A stretch of DNA of 64,000 bases. It comes from Chiloscyllium plagiosum (Eukaryota). Position 1 is the stretch's first letter. Every line of letters begins with the position of its first letter. Made by a program: the position numbers and the translations under genes. Where the stretch lies: assembly GCF_004010195.1 (NCBI RefSeq), contig NC_057752.1, forward strand, positions 3,896,379 through 3,960,378. Direction: 5' to 3'. This document shows positions 13,268 to 24,932 of the stretch, in pieces. The notes beneath the pieces are model-generated. The model had not been told where the DNA came from. It ran no database searches and saw nothing but the letters and a program-made list of their open reading frames with translations.

Positions 13268-13770
13268 AGAAGACCTGCATTTATATAGAACTTTTCACAA
13301 CCTCAGGATGTCCCAAAGCACTTACACTCAATGAAGTGCTTTTAAAATGGAGTCACTGCTGTAGTTAGGAAACATGGCTGTCAACTTTGCTTGTTGGTGC
13401 AGACTCAATGATTTGAGGGACATCTTCTGGACTGTATGATTTGATCAATTTGCACACAGTGAGCTCCCACTAACAATAACATAATAATGACATCTGTTTT
13501 GTGATGTTGATTAAGGTGTGAGTATTTGCAGAGACTTCAGAGAGAACTCCTCTGCTCCCCTGCAGTTTCTCAGTAATGCCAGGGAATCTTTCCCATCTAT
13601 CTTAGAGGGGGGACAAAGCCTATGTTTAAAATTTCATTCAAAAGACTCTGGCAGTGTAGCACTCCCCCAATACTGCATAATCAGGCTAGATATTTGCACT
13701 GTACCTTTTGGAGTAGGACTTGAATCCATAACCTTTTGCCTCAGAGATGAAAGTGCTCCCAACTGAGTCA
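13268..13770 (-). mobile_element. Deu-SINE (SacSINE1/AmnSINE1-like)
   Basis: Begins AAGACCTGCATTTATATAG...CCTCAGGATGTCCCAAAGCACTT, the reverse of the AmnSINE1-type tail; tRNA-like head near 13720-13770. Confidence 0.6.
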
Positions 13771-14505
13771 CAAACAATTCTTGGGCACAGTGGTTCTTGT
13801 GCTTTACTGACTTTGTTCTATTGTAAAGAGTAGAAGCCATTAAGTTAACACAACCTTATGTACCATCTCACCTTGAGAGAGATTAATTACCCCAGTGTGA
13901 AAGATCAAGTGTGAAGGGGAGCGAGTGTGAAAGATCAAGTGAGACATTCTGCTTATAAGTAGTGTCTACTATAGGAAAGACTGTTAATATTGTCATGGAC
14001 AACATATGCTCTCACCGCCTGTAATCAGTATGTTTTGTATGTGAAGAAGTAAGCCTTTTCTTGCCTTTGGTGTATATTCTAATTCATTAGATCAGCAGCA
14101 AGTTCCCATGAGTTTAAAATAAAGAATATTTAATCTCTCAAATTTACCCCAAATTAATGCAATGCCTCACACTTGGCCTCACACACATACCTGCACACAG
14201 ACAAATTGGACACAGATAAAGATATTAAAGATTACAGTTAATTTAGTTTCTGTTCATTTCAGTTGTGATGAAATGAGAAGTTGATAATTTTGATCCATTG
14301 GGTTTTGATCTTCCCTATCCAATTGAAACAGAGTCTGGAAACTCCATAATCTTAAGTTATCGACCTATACTTAAATAATGAGATGTGTGAGTTCCTCAAA
14401 TAGCAACAAGGTACCCTCATTCATGTCCAGGAATCCACTGGAGATTTAATGCTGTCAGGAGTCCAAATGCCAAACGTCATGTGATTTGCTGTGATTTGCT
14501 AATCT

Positions 14506-14537
<32 letters not shown>
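14506..14537. repeat. (TG)n microsatellite
   Basis: Direct reading. Confidence 0.9.
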
Positions 14538-15532
14538 TCAATTTTAAAAGTATAAACTTGTAAGTTCGTAATAATGGCATACTTGTGCTAAATATGACAA
14601 TATGTTTGATAATACTAGGACTGTGGTGTCAAATAGAAAAACAAGCTTCACTTTTACATTCATACTGGCATTTGAATATTTTCTTCTGTTGTATAAACAC
14701 ATGCAAGAGAGCTGCCTGCCAAGTTTGTCAGTTGGGATGTGACTCATCAATTTTGCCTTAATAAGCACTGTTTCTTGTGTTTAAACTGGTTTGTGGTCAG
14801 TCATGCTCTCATTGATTCTGTTTCCCTCCTGGATTTTGTTCTGGAGAAACTTATAGACAGTAATCCAGTAAGTGGTTCAGGGGGTTTACATTGAGAAGAA
14901 TGCTTTCCTGGGAGTGTTTACAAACTTGCAACTTCGAAAGGTTATGAAGTAGCATATGATGGTTTATGGAGAGAGGTTTCTCTCATCCAGTTTTTGAGTA
15001 GTGGGTTTCTGAAAAATGTCTCGGTAAAAGCATCATCTCAAGTGTTGTTTTTTAAACCTTTCATTTCTTCCAGACTTTATGTAGAGATATTACTGAACAA
15101 GGTTACTCTTCTGCACACATTTGGTTTCAGAATATACTCTATCTTACCTGTTGTGGAGCTGCCAACTGCATTTTTGGTGAGGGTCATCAGGAATTTCCTT
15201 CCCTTCACCTCCTACTTTGCACATGCTTTCCCGACCTGTCACTTTCATCATGTTCCCTGTCCTTTTATCATTTCACAGCCTTTTTCTCTTCCTACCACCC
15301 CTCTCTTCAATAATATTATTATCTTACCTTTTTCCTTCTGAACTACCCATTCATTCTTGTACCTTCCTCTTCCCTCCCTCTGCTATTCCTCCCTTACCTT
15401 CAACCTTGCAGCCATTCCTAACTACCCTCCCCATGAAGGAATGGTTCACTGCTCCCCTCCACTCATTTTAACCTATTCCCTACACCTTCCAACCCTCCAC
15501 TCCTATTCTTGTCCCTCAAAACAGCTTAATTT

Positions 15533-15903
15533 ATAGAGTCACACAGCACGGAAACAGACCCTTCAGTCCAACCCGTCCATGCTGATCAGATATCCCACCT
15601 TAATCGAGTCCCACCTACCAGCACCTGGCTCATATCCTTCTAAACCCTTCCTATTCATGTACCCATCCAGATGCCTTTTAAATGTTGTAATTGTACCAGC
15701 CTCCACCACTTCCTCTTGCAGCTCATTCCACACACAACACCACTCCCTGTGTGAAACAATTGCCCCTTAGGTCCCTTTTATATCTTTCCCCGCTCACCCT
15801 AAGCCTAAGCCGTCTAATTCGGGACACCCCCACCCCAGGGAAAAGACTTTGTCTTTTTACCCTGTCCATGCCCCTCACGATTTTAGAAACTTCTATAAGG
15901 TCA
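15533..15903 (-). mobile_element. CR1 (HER1-like) 3' fragment
   Basis: Reverse of the CR1 3' UTR and RT tail. Confidence 0.85.
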
Positions 15904-16389
15904 TGATAGCTGTCATCATAAACAGGAATTTATCATGTAAAAAATGTGATGAGGACAACTGAAGCTGGGCTTTTACAGATAGGGCATGCATGCAGATGTA
16001 AGATTTGTATCTTCCATAAAGCAAATATAGAACTCAAACTATAAGCTGCACCTGACTCCTATTTGTCTTATGTTTTCAAACTAATAGGTCTATGTTGGGG
16101 CAAAGTTTATGTGGATTCTAATTGGTATCTGGATCCAGACTTGAATACCAACCTTGAAATCAATTAATGGATTTGAATATTGCAGAAGAAGTGAATATGA
16201 TATGTCAACTGTAAAATCAGGTGAAGTTTTCCCTGTCATTTAAATTCATTTCTGCAAATTGTGAGTTTGCACGAATGGTTTTCACAGATGCCTCTGAGGA
16301 ATCTCATTGCCACAGGGACAGATCACGCAAAACTATGATACTCAGCAAGTCTAGGAAGCACCGACTCCCAGGATTTAAAAAAAATTATT

Positions 16390-16890
16390 CATTAGTGGAT
16401 TGTGGGCCTTGTTGGCAAGGCCAGCATCTGTTGCCCTTTCCTAATTGCCCTTGAGGAGGTGGTGACAAGCTGAACTGCTGTAGTCCATACAGTATAGGTA
16501 CATAGTGCTCTTAGGGAGGGAGTTCCAGGATTTTGAACCAGTGACACTGAAGAAATGGCGATATAGTTCCATGTCAGGGTGGTGTGTGGCTTGGAGGGGA
16601 ACTTGCACATGGTGGTGTTCCTACGTATCTTCTACATTTCTAGATGGTAGTGGTCATGTGTTTAGAAGGTTATGTCAAAGGTGCCTTGGTGGGTTGTACA
16701 CACTGGTGATGGAGGGAGTGAATGGTTGTGGTAGGGAATGACATGCCAATCAAGTAGGCTGCTTGGTCCTGAATGGTGTCAAGCTTCAAAAGTGCTGTTG
16801 GAGCTGCGCCCATCCAGGCAAGTGGGGAGTATTTCATCACGCTCCTGACTTGTGCCTTGTAGAAAGTGGACAGGGAGTCGGGAGGTGAGT
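16390..16890 (-). mobile_element. Older CR1/L2-group LINE 3' fragment (YKAQVRSVMxYSPLAW family)
   Basis: ORF 16670-17005 contains FYKAQVRSVMKYSPLAW; related copies at 40130-41400, 59780-60310 and 62265-62835. Confidence 0.75.
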
Positions 16891-17383
16891 TTTTAACAAT
16901 GATCATGAGACACTGATCAAGACCCAAAGTTTCAAGGTTCCAAAGAATGGAAACTCTATTTCTGTCTCCACAGACGCTGCCAGACCTGCTGAGTTTTTTC
17001 AGCATCTGCAGTCATTTGCTTTTATCAGGAGTAAGAGTCCTAACTCATTTTCACTATATTCCTCCATCCCAATTTCTCCATAGTTGAGGGATGCTGGAAT
17101 CGAATGCAACCAACCCGTATAGCTGAATACCACACTTAGTTTTTATTAAGATTGACAAAAGAAAGAAAATGTTTTCATTTCTACAGCACTTCCACAACTG
17201 TTGGCCATACCAAAGCACTATAATGCAAATTAAGTCAATGAGCCAGTTTATAAACTTTTGTTTTTCTAATTGCTGTCCATAAAATGCTGAGGATACCAAT
17301 TTAGTGAACTGCAGAGAAACTTCAAAAACTATGCAGAATTGTACCAGTTTATCTCGATACATTCAATGAATTTACTGTGACAT

Positions 17384-17416
17384 ATCTGCCATCTAAGGGC
17401 CACCAGCGATATTGCA
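17384..17416 (-). promoter_or_regulatory. Candidate CTCF site with upstream motif
   Basis: Minus strand TGCAATATC-5nt-TGGCCCTTAGATGGCAGAT resembles the upstream motif plus core. Confidence 0.45.
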
Positions 17417-17939
17417 GGTGGCATGTTGTACTTAACTGTTAACGTAAATATTTCCATTGCCTTTTTCAGCATTCTCACTATGGAATAACACAAGCGTTTT
17501 GCTTGGTAGCACAAGGTGCCATTTTGAAGAAAGAAGCAAATATTCTCGACTGGAAGGATGATGCTTCAAGCCAGGCTAAACATCAGAATTGTGTCTGGAT
17601 ACTGAGGATGAAGTGAGCTGACAAGAAAATTAATTCTTTCTGTTTCCTTCTGTTCATAAGGATTAGCTACAAGCAAGATACAAATCCAAGCAGTCATCAT
17701 ATACAGCCAATCATCACCTACAACCAGTTTCCATCAGCAGCCATGCAGCAAAAGCCAGGTATGCTGAAAGCATCAGAAGATGGCTTTCTACCAACTAACA
17801 ACTTCAGCCAACTTGTAAGCTACCACTGGGTCTACCTCAAGCAAGACATCATCAGCTGCCTGCCATGAAAAGCAAAGCAGATGCAGAAGATTAAATTCTC
17901 TGGAAAAAAAATCGGGAATCAGGAATTTATGAAGAGTAA

Positions 17940-18298
17940 ATGGTGATATCTTAGTGTTATTATTGCTGGACTATTAAGCCAGAGACCCAGGTCATGTTTT
18001 GGGAACCCAGGTTCGAATCCCACCACAGCAGACAGTAGAATTTGAATTCAGTAAAAAAGAAATCTGGAATTAAGAGTCTAAAATTGACCATTAATTCATT
18101 GTTGATAATTGGAAAACCCCATCTGGTTCACCAATGTCATTGAGGGAAGGAAACTGCCATCCTTACCTGGTCTGGCCTACATGTGACTCCAGACCCACAG
18201 CAATGGGGTTGATTTTCAACTGCCCTCTGAGCAATTAGGAATGGGCAATAAATACTGCCTAGCCATTGATGCCCTCATGCCATGAATGAATAAAGAAT
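17940..18298 (+). mobile_element. tRNA-derived SINE with MetaSINE/SlmI-like core
   Basis: B-box GGTTCGAATCCC at ~18010; core CTGGTTCAC...GGGAAGGAAACTGCCATCCTTACCTGGTCTGGCCTACATGTGACTCCAG; tail shared with the YKAQVRS LINE. Confidence 0.6.
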
Positions 18299-18339
18299 TT
18301 AGAAAATAATTATTTGATATGGGCAGAATCAATCCAGTC

Positions 18340-19090
18340 TTATGTAAAATAATGTTTGACAAGCCTGATGGAGCTTTTGAGAATACTACTGGCAGAGTCA
18401 ATAAGAGGGAAAATCAGGGATTTGTTGTTTTTGGATTTTCAGACGGCTTTGGATAAAGTCCTGCACAGGTTACTGAACAAACAAGCATGGATTAAAGAAT
18501 TGTTAACTGAAAGAAAGAAGAGAGTAAGAATAAATGGATTTTTTTTAATTTTTATTTTTCCCCAGCACCCATGTCATGTGTGTGTGCAGGTATAAGACAC
18601 AGTGAAGAACAACAACTGTGTAAACCTTTAGTTATATTCCACCACCAGATAATAAATGGATATTCCTCAGGTTGGCAGGCTGTGACTGATGAGGTCAGTG
18701 TTTGAACCCCAGCTGTTCACAATCCATGTCAATAAGTGCATGCAGGGGGCCAATTGAAATATTTCCACATTGCTGATGATAGAAGACTTGACGAGAATGT
18801 GACCTGAGAGGAAGATGTAGAGGCTTCAAGAGGATTTAGACAGGCTGCAAGTGGGTAAGAATATGGCAGATGGAATATGATTCCAGTAAGTGTGAGATTA
18901 TTCACTTTGGTTGGAAGAACAAAGGTGCAGAATATTTCTTAAATGGTGAGAGATTAGAAAAATATTTATGTCCAAAGGGATTGAAGTGTCCTTGTTCATA
19001 AGTCAAGTGCAGCAAGCAGTTTGAAAGACAAACAGTATGTTAGTCTTTATTATAAGATCATTTGGGTGCAGGATCAAAGAAGGCTTGCTT
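18340..19090 (+). mobile_element. Highly decayed CR1 RT fragment
   Basis: LDFQTALDKVLH and WQMEY-like remnants. Confidence 0.6.
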
Positions 19091-19092
<2 letters not shown>

Positions 19093-19128
<36 letters not shown>

Positions 19129-19132
19129 TATA
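19093..19132. repeat. (TA)n microsatellite at contig end
   Basis: Direct reading. Confidence 0.9.
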
Positions 19133-19632
19133 NNNNNNNNNNNNNNNNNNNNNNNNNNNNNNNNNNNNNNNNNNNNNNNNNNNNNNNNNNNNNNNNNNNN
19201 NNNNNNNNNNNNNNNNNNNNNNNNNNNNNNNNNNNNNNNNNNNNNNNNNNNNNNNNNNNNNNNNNNNNNNNNNNNNNNNNNNNNNNNNNNNNNNNNNNNN
19301 NNNNNNNNNNNNNNNNNNNNNNNNNNNNNNNNNNNNNNNNNNNNNNNNNNNNNNNNNNNNNNNNNNNNNNNNNNNNNNNNNNNNNNNNNNNNNNNNNNNN
19401 NNNNNNNNNNNNNNNNNNNNNNNNNNNNNNNNNNNNNNNNNNNNNNNNNNNNNNNNNNNNNNNNNNNNNNNNNNNNNNNNNNNNNNNNNNNNNNNNNNNN
19501 NNNNNNNNNNNNNNNNNNNNNNNNNNNNNNNNNNNNNNNNNNNNNNNNNNNNNNNNNNNNNNNNNNNNNNNNNNNNNNNNNNNNNNNNNNNNNNNNNNNN
19601 NNNNNNNNNNNNNNNNNNNNNNNNNNNNNNNN
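19133..19632. other. Assembly gap, 500 N
   Basis: Run of exactly 500 N. Confidence 1.
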
Positions 19633-20590
19633 GCCTTCTGTCAGACAGCCAATCCTCAATCCATGCCAGTTGCTCACCTCGAACACCATGGGCCCTCACT
19701 TTATTCAGCAGCCTCCCGTGAAGTATCTTATCAAAGGCCTTTTGGAAGTGAAGACAGATACCATCCACTGGGTTTCCCTGCTCTAACCTGCTTGTTACAT
19801 CTTCAAAGAATTCTAACAGGCTTGTCAGGCACGACCTTCCCTTACTAGATCCATGCTGACTTGTTTTAATCCGACCTTGCACTTCCACGAATTTAGAAAT
19901 CTCATCCTTAACAATGGATTCTAGAATTTTACCTACAACTGAGGTTAAGCTAATCAGCATACAATTTTCCAACTTTTGTCTTGATCCTTTCTTGAACAAG
20001 GGAGTTACAACAGCGATTTTCCAATCATCTCGGACTTTCCCTGACTCCGGTGGCTTTTGAAAGATCACAACCAACGCCTCCACTATTTCCACAGCCACCT
20101 CCCTCAGAACTCTAGGATGTAGCCCAATGGGGCTAGAAGATTTATCAATTTTTAGATCTTTTAGCTTTTCTAGCACTTTCTCTTTTGTAATGGTTACCAT
20201 ACTCAACTCTGCTCCCGACTCTCCTTAATTGTTGGGATATTACTCGTGTCTTCCATTGTGAAGACTGACACAAAGTACTTATTAAGTTCTTCAGCTATTT
20301 CTTTATTTCCTATCACTAACCTTCCTGCATCAATTTGAATGGCCCAAACTTTTGCCTCTCGTTTGTTTCTTATGTATTGAAAGAAACTTGCATTATCATT
20401 TCTAACATTACTGGCTAGCTTACCTTCATATTTGATCCTCTCCTTCCTTATATCTCTCTTGTTATCCTCTGTTTGTTTTTGTAGTCTTCCCAATCGTCTG
20501 ATTTTAAATTGCTCTTGGCCACTTTATGGGCTCTCTCTTTCTATTTGATACGTTTCCTGACTTCCTTTGTCAGCCATGGCTGTCTAATTC
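19633..20590 (-). mobile_element. CR1-clade LINE ORF2 fragment (second family)
   Basis: GLHPRVLREVA...ISLTSVVGKILE...FQKAFDKILH. Confidence 0.9.
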
Positions 20591-21279
20591 TGCCCCCCAA
20601 CCCTGGCAACATCCTTGTAAATCTTTTCTGAACTCTTTCAAGCTTAAAAGGGATTAGATGTGGAAAAGCTGTAGGGTTTAAAACCAGAGGGGACTGCCTC
20701 AAATATAAGGCAAACCATTCAGGAGTGAGACGATTTCTAGTTACTAATGATATGAGTGTAATAGAGGGCTCTGCTATTGTGGTAGATGATCAGCCACGAG
20801 TGGGCACGGGGGTTGAGTTGTTTATTCGTGCTTTTTTTGCTATAATAAAGCATACATGAGAAAGCAAGCTAGCCTTTACTCGCAACAAGGCTCGTGCACT
20901 TTTATGGAAGCTCCTCGCCAATGGCAGGGAAGCTTATGACAGGAGAACAAGCCTAACATGTTAGACCAGCAAGAATGTAGTCAAGTCTAGGGGGTAATGA
21001 AGGCACGGATGAGGGTTTCAGCAGCAGATGGCCAACTTTGTACCTGCCTCAGCCTCATGTTACAGTCAATTACGGAAGGCCAATTTAGATGCAAATTACA
21101 TAGAAAAATGAACGGGGATAATACAACAGTAACAATTTGTCAAACTTTTCTTTAATGTCTGGTTAAATTTTTTGATTTGTGTACCTTTTCGTTTGTGGGT
21201 GAGACAAGTCAAGCCAGCAGGATCGCCTGACTGAAAGATTTCCGATCAGCCAAACAGGAGTTCTGCTTCTTTGCAGGGA

Positions 21280-21720
21280 GATGGGAACGTCCCTGTCAAG
21301 ACGTGATTGCGTCATTTGGGGCGTTACATTACGCGACGTCCGTGCCTTCGTCAGGAGGCCGTGGAAAAGCCATGTCCTGATTGGCGGTTGGGGGAAATTT
21401 GAAATCAGACCGCGAAAACGTCCAGAGTAACGGAGCGGGCGCCGGGCGGCGGACTGAGTGGTAAGGGCTCCCGGGGGGGAAAAGGAACCGAGTCGGCGAT
21501 CTAGAAATCGTTTCCATTATTCCATCCCTAAGATTTGCGTTGCTCACCCGCCAGCGGGGTGGTGCTGATTGTAAACGGGGGCGAGAAGATGGAGATGGGA
21601 GTCGGTCTCCGGCCCCCTGTGGAAGAGCGGGAAGAGTCGTTTGTTTCTCCTTCCTTCCTGGGTCTCCCCAATCAGAAAAGACGAACCCTTTGTGATGATC
21701 GAAATGTGTGTTGGACCCTC
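21280..21720 (+). promoter_or_regulatory. RACGAP1: CpG-rich RACGAP1 promoter with CCAAT, CHR and E2F-like motifs
   Basis: The most CpG-dense non-repeat stretch; ATTGG 21380-21384, TTTGAA 21398-21403, CGCGAAAA 21411-21418, TTGCGTCA 21307-21314. Confidence 0.8.
21404..21460 (+). other. RACGAP1: Probable non-coding exon 1 of RACGAP1 (5' end approximate)
   Basis: Donor GTG|GTAAGG at 21461; the next exon has only 4 nt before the ATG, so an upstream UTR exon is required. Confidence 0.65.
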
Positions 21721-22010
21721 TAATATATTTTAAAATGTTTAGAAAGCACCAGGTTATTGGCTACTTATAAAACAAAGTATACCTTTTCCGTTCCCCATCC
21801 GTAAAATGACCCAAAGTGCTTCACCGTCAATGATGATCGTTTTTCAACTATAATGATTGCTTTAATATCGGAAGCATTGCAACTAATTTGCACACGGAAA
21901 TCTCCCACAAACAGAAATGTGATAATGACCCAGATAACTGTCTTTGTTATGTTTATTTGAGGTACAAATATTTGCCAGGACACCAGAGGACTTCCCTGTT
22001 CTTTCACATA

Positions 22011-23375
22011 GCCATGATGTGGAGGAGCCGGTGTTGGACTGGGGTGGACAAGTTTAAAACTCTCACACACCAGGTTATATCACAAGCAACAGGTTTATTT
22101 GGAAGCGCTGCTCCTTCATCAGGTAGCTGTGGAGCAGGACCATAAGAGACATAATTTATAGCAAAAGATTAGTGTCATGTAACTGAAATGATATATTGAA
22201 CAAACCTAGATTGCTGTTAAGTCCTTCATCTTTCGATTCATTAATATGCAAGTCCTAGAACTTCTTTCAAGTCACATTCCCAAGATAACTTAAGGTTTTA
22301 TATTTTTTATGAAAAGTAATATCTCAGCTCACACAATGCTTTAAAGGTATGAGGTTATAGTCTGATCTGTATCCCAATCTTGAGTCAGACTGGTTTTATT
22401 TCCAAAGTAGAAATTTATAAAATATTACATAGATTGACTGCCTGCAGATTGTGTGCTTGAGCGAAATAGAATGTGACTGCAAATTCACCCCATAAACATG
22501 AGTGTGCATGCAGATCTGGTCTTCCTATCAGAAGGATGTTGTGAAGCTTGAAAGGGTTCAGAAAAGATTTATCAGGATGTTGCCACGGTTGGAGGATTTG
22601 AGCTATGGGGAGGGATTGAATAAGCTGGGGCTGTTTTCCCTGGAGCGTTGGCAGCTGAGGGGTGACCTTTATAGAGCTCTATAAAATCATGAGGGGCATG
22701 GATAGGATAAATAGACAAAGTCTTTTCTCTGGGGTAAGGGAGTCCAGAACTAGAGGGCATAGGTTTAGGGTGAGAGGGGAAAGATATGAGACCTAAGGAG
22801 CAACTTTTTCACGCAGAGGGTGGTAGGTGTATGGAATGAGCTGCCAGAGGTAGTGGTGGGGGCTAGTATCATTACAACATTATAAAAGGCATCTGGAAGG
22901 GTATATGAATAGGAAGGGTTTAGAGAGATATGGGCTGGGTGCTGGCAGGTCGGACTAGATTGGGTTTGGATATCTGGTCAGCATGGACAAGTTGGACCGA
23001 AGGGTCTGTTTCTGTGCTGTATGTCTCTATGACTGTGAGGGAGAGAGTGTGTATGCTTGATAGTGTGATAGAGTATGTGCCTGTGGAAGTTGAGTGTGGG
23101 TTTTTTTTCTATTAAAATATTCAGTCGCATTCTCAAGATAAAAGTAGTTCTGGGATTTCCATATTAATGAACTAAAATCTGCAACCTATTTTATAGATGA
23201 AAGAGTTAACAGCAATCTAGGTTTGTTCAATATATCATTTCAGTTACATGACTAATCTTTTGCTATGAATTGTCCTATGGTCCTGTTCCATTCTATCTGA
23301 AGAAGTAGCGCTCTGAAAGCTCGTCCTTCCAAATAATGCAGTTGGACTATAACCTGTATTGTGATTTTTAACTTT
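22011..23375. mobile_element. Family B PLE-derived element with long inverted arms, containing a CR1 fragment, inside a Deu-SINE remnant
   Basis: Arms ~22050-22265 and ~23140-23375 are reverse complements; decayed hammerhead cores near 22100-22125 (-) and 23297-23322 (+); CTTTCACATA at 22001-22010 and 23372-23381. Confidence 0.75.
22505..23035 (+). mobile_element. CR1 (HER1-like) 3' fragment
   Basis: YQKDVVKLERVQKRFIRMLP...; CR1 3' UTR. Confidence 0.9.
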
Positions 23376-24847
23376 CACATAATGCCCCAGGATCACCTTG
23401 CATCTGCATCAGAAGGGGTCTCTGTTTAATGTCTTGTCCACTTCTGACAGTGCAGCACTGCCTCAGTGTTGCATTGGGAGCACCAGCCTAAACTTTACTT
23501 TCAGTTTTCTAGTGTGGGAATTGAATCATTTCCCTTTGGACTTGGAGCCAAGAGGGCTCCCAGTTCTCTAAATTGTGGTAATATAGCTGCCGACCTGTGT
23601 ATTGACGGATCAGCAAGCAAGGGGTGTTAGCTGAGGTGGGAAATGGAAAGACCTTCCTTCCCACCCAGCAAAAATGTAACAGCTAACTTTCATGTTGTAA
23701 AATGGAACTTGTGAAGTTTCAGTTAAGTAATTTCAATTCATAACATCAACCCCCACTGCAATCCTGGGGCTGTACATTCCTGGTCTTACACAGAATACGT
23801 TGTGCACATGTGGGCACAAGTGGGATGTGGCTAGATATCCGCATTTATGGAGCTTTTATGTCTTTTGCTGTACACAGCACTTCAATGCTTGTGTGCTTAA
23901 GCAAATACTTTTATTAAGCTTTTGTTCTATTTGAATTGGAGTGGAATGACATTCAAAAAACAGAAATTGTTGTACTTTGAAGTGAATAGTTTTCCTATCT
24001 GTTAATGATATAACTTGTAGCACATTGTTAATACTTGGATTTTTAAACACTGCACTTAATGTGACTGCTTAATCAAATTTTGAGGGTTGTTTAAACGATC
24101 TTTTGCAAATCCAGTTATTTTTGGAATAAACATTGTCAAATATCTTTGCGGAATGACTTAAGGAACTGCTGCTGCACTGTTTTATATTGCTGGAGGCCTT
24201 TTGACCGAGATGTGTCACTGGGACTCTTCAGTTTGCTTAGTTGCTTCAACTGAATTCCATGGAAATTTAGTCCTTAAACTGTTATCAGTTGTAACTGGAT
24301 ACGATTAAAGAATTATTACTTTGTCCCTATCACATCAAACTGTCTTTATTACTGGCTGAAATCATGACATGCTCAATTTCTACTGTTGAGTGATTTTGTT
24401 TGCTTTGTGCTACTGAATTTTAAAGGCCCTTCAGGTCTTAGCTTTTGATGTGCAATAATACTAAACTGGGATTCTTGGATCTGAGCTATAAAGCTGGTGA
24501 CCAGCCTGATCTCTAACTTTGGACTGGCATTTTATGATTCTTTTTCGAAGGAACACCTGGATGTTTATTCCTGCAAATAGTGCATGATACCTTTGTGACT
24601 TTGAGCCAACTGTTTGTTTCCTGCGGGTCGAGATGTCGGCAAAAGGTTAACCTTCACTTAAAGTACCTGTGGGACTAAAACTACATTTAGAAGGAATTTG
24701 ACTCTTGGTTTTTCTCCCACTGTATGAATATTATAGGAGCAACTTTGCACCAAGAAAATTTGTTTTTAAGTTGAGAGATGTGTGGAAGCTATGTTGCTGT
24801 TGTAGTTGCCTTACTTTTATAATACTTTTAATCTGTTTTGTAGGAAA

Positions 24848-24932
24848 ATGGAATCTGCTATGGTCACTCTACGCAACATATTTGAGCAGTTGCTCAGACA
24901 AATGGAAGTACTGAATGAAGGAATTGAACCTC
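24848..24932 (+). CDS. RACGAP1: RACGAP1 coding exon 1 (exon begins 24844)
   Basis: tag|[36 protein letters not shown]|gtaagc. Confidence 0.95.

Noticed and set aside
13894..13940. 18-bp direct repeat AGTGTGAAAGATCAAGTG with a spacer (CRISPR-like)
   Set aside because: Only two units in eukaryotic DNA with no cas genes; a local duplication.
19037..19786. Long ORFs in the ORF track
   Set aside because: They are artefacts of reading through 500 Ns.
21080..21096. CCAAT plus octamer ATGCAAAT as a snRNA or histone-type promoter
   Set aside because: No snRNA or histone sequence follows; at most a distal part of the RACGAP1 promoter.
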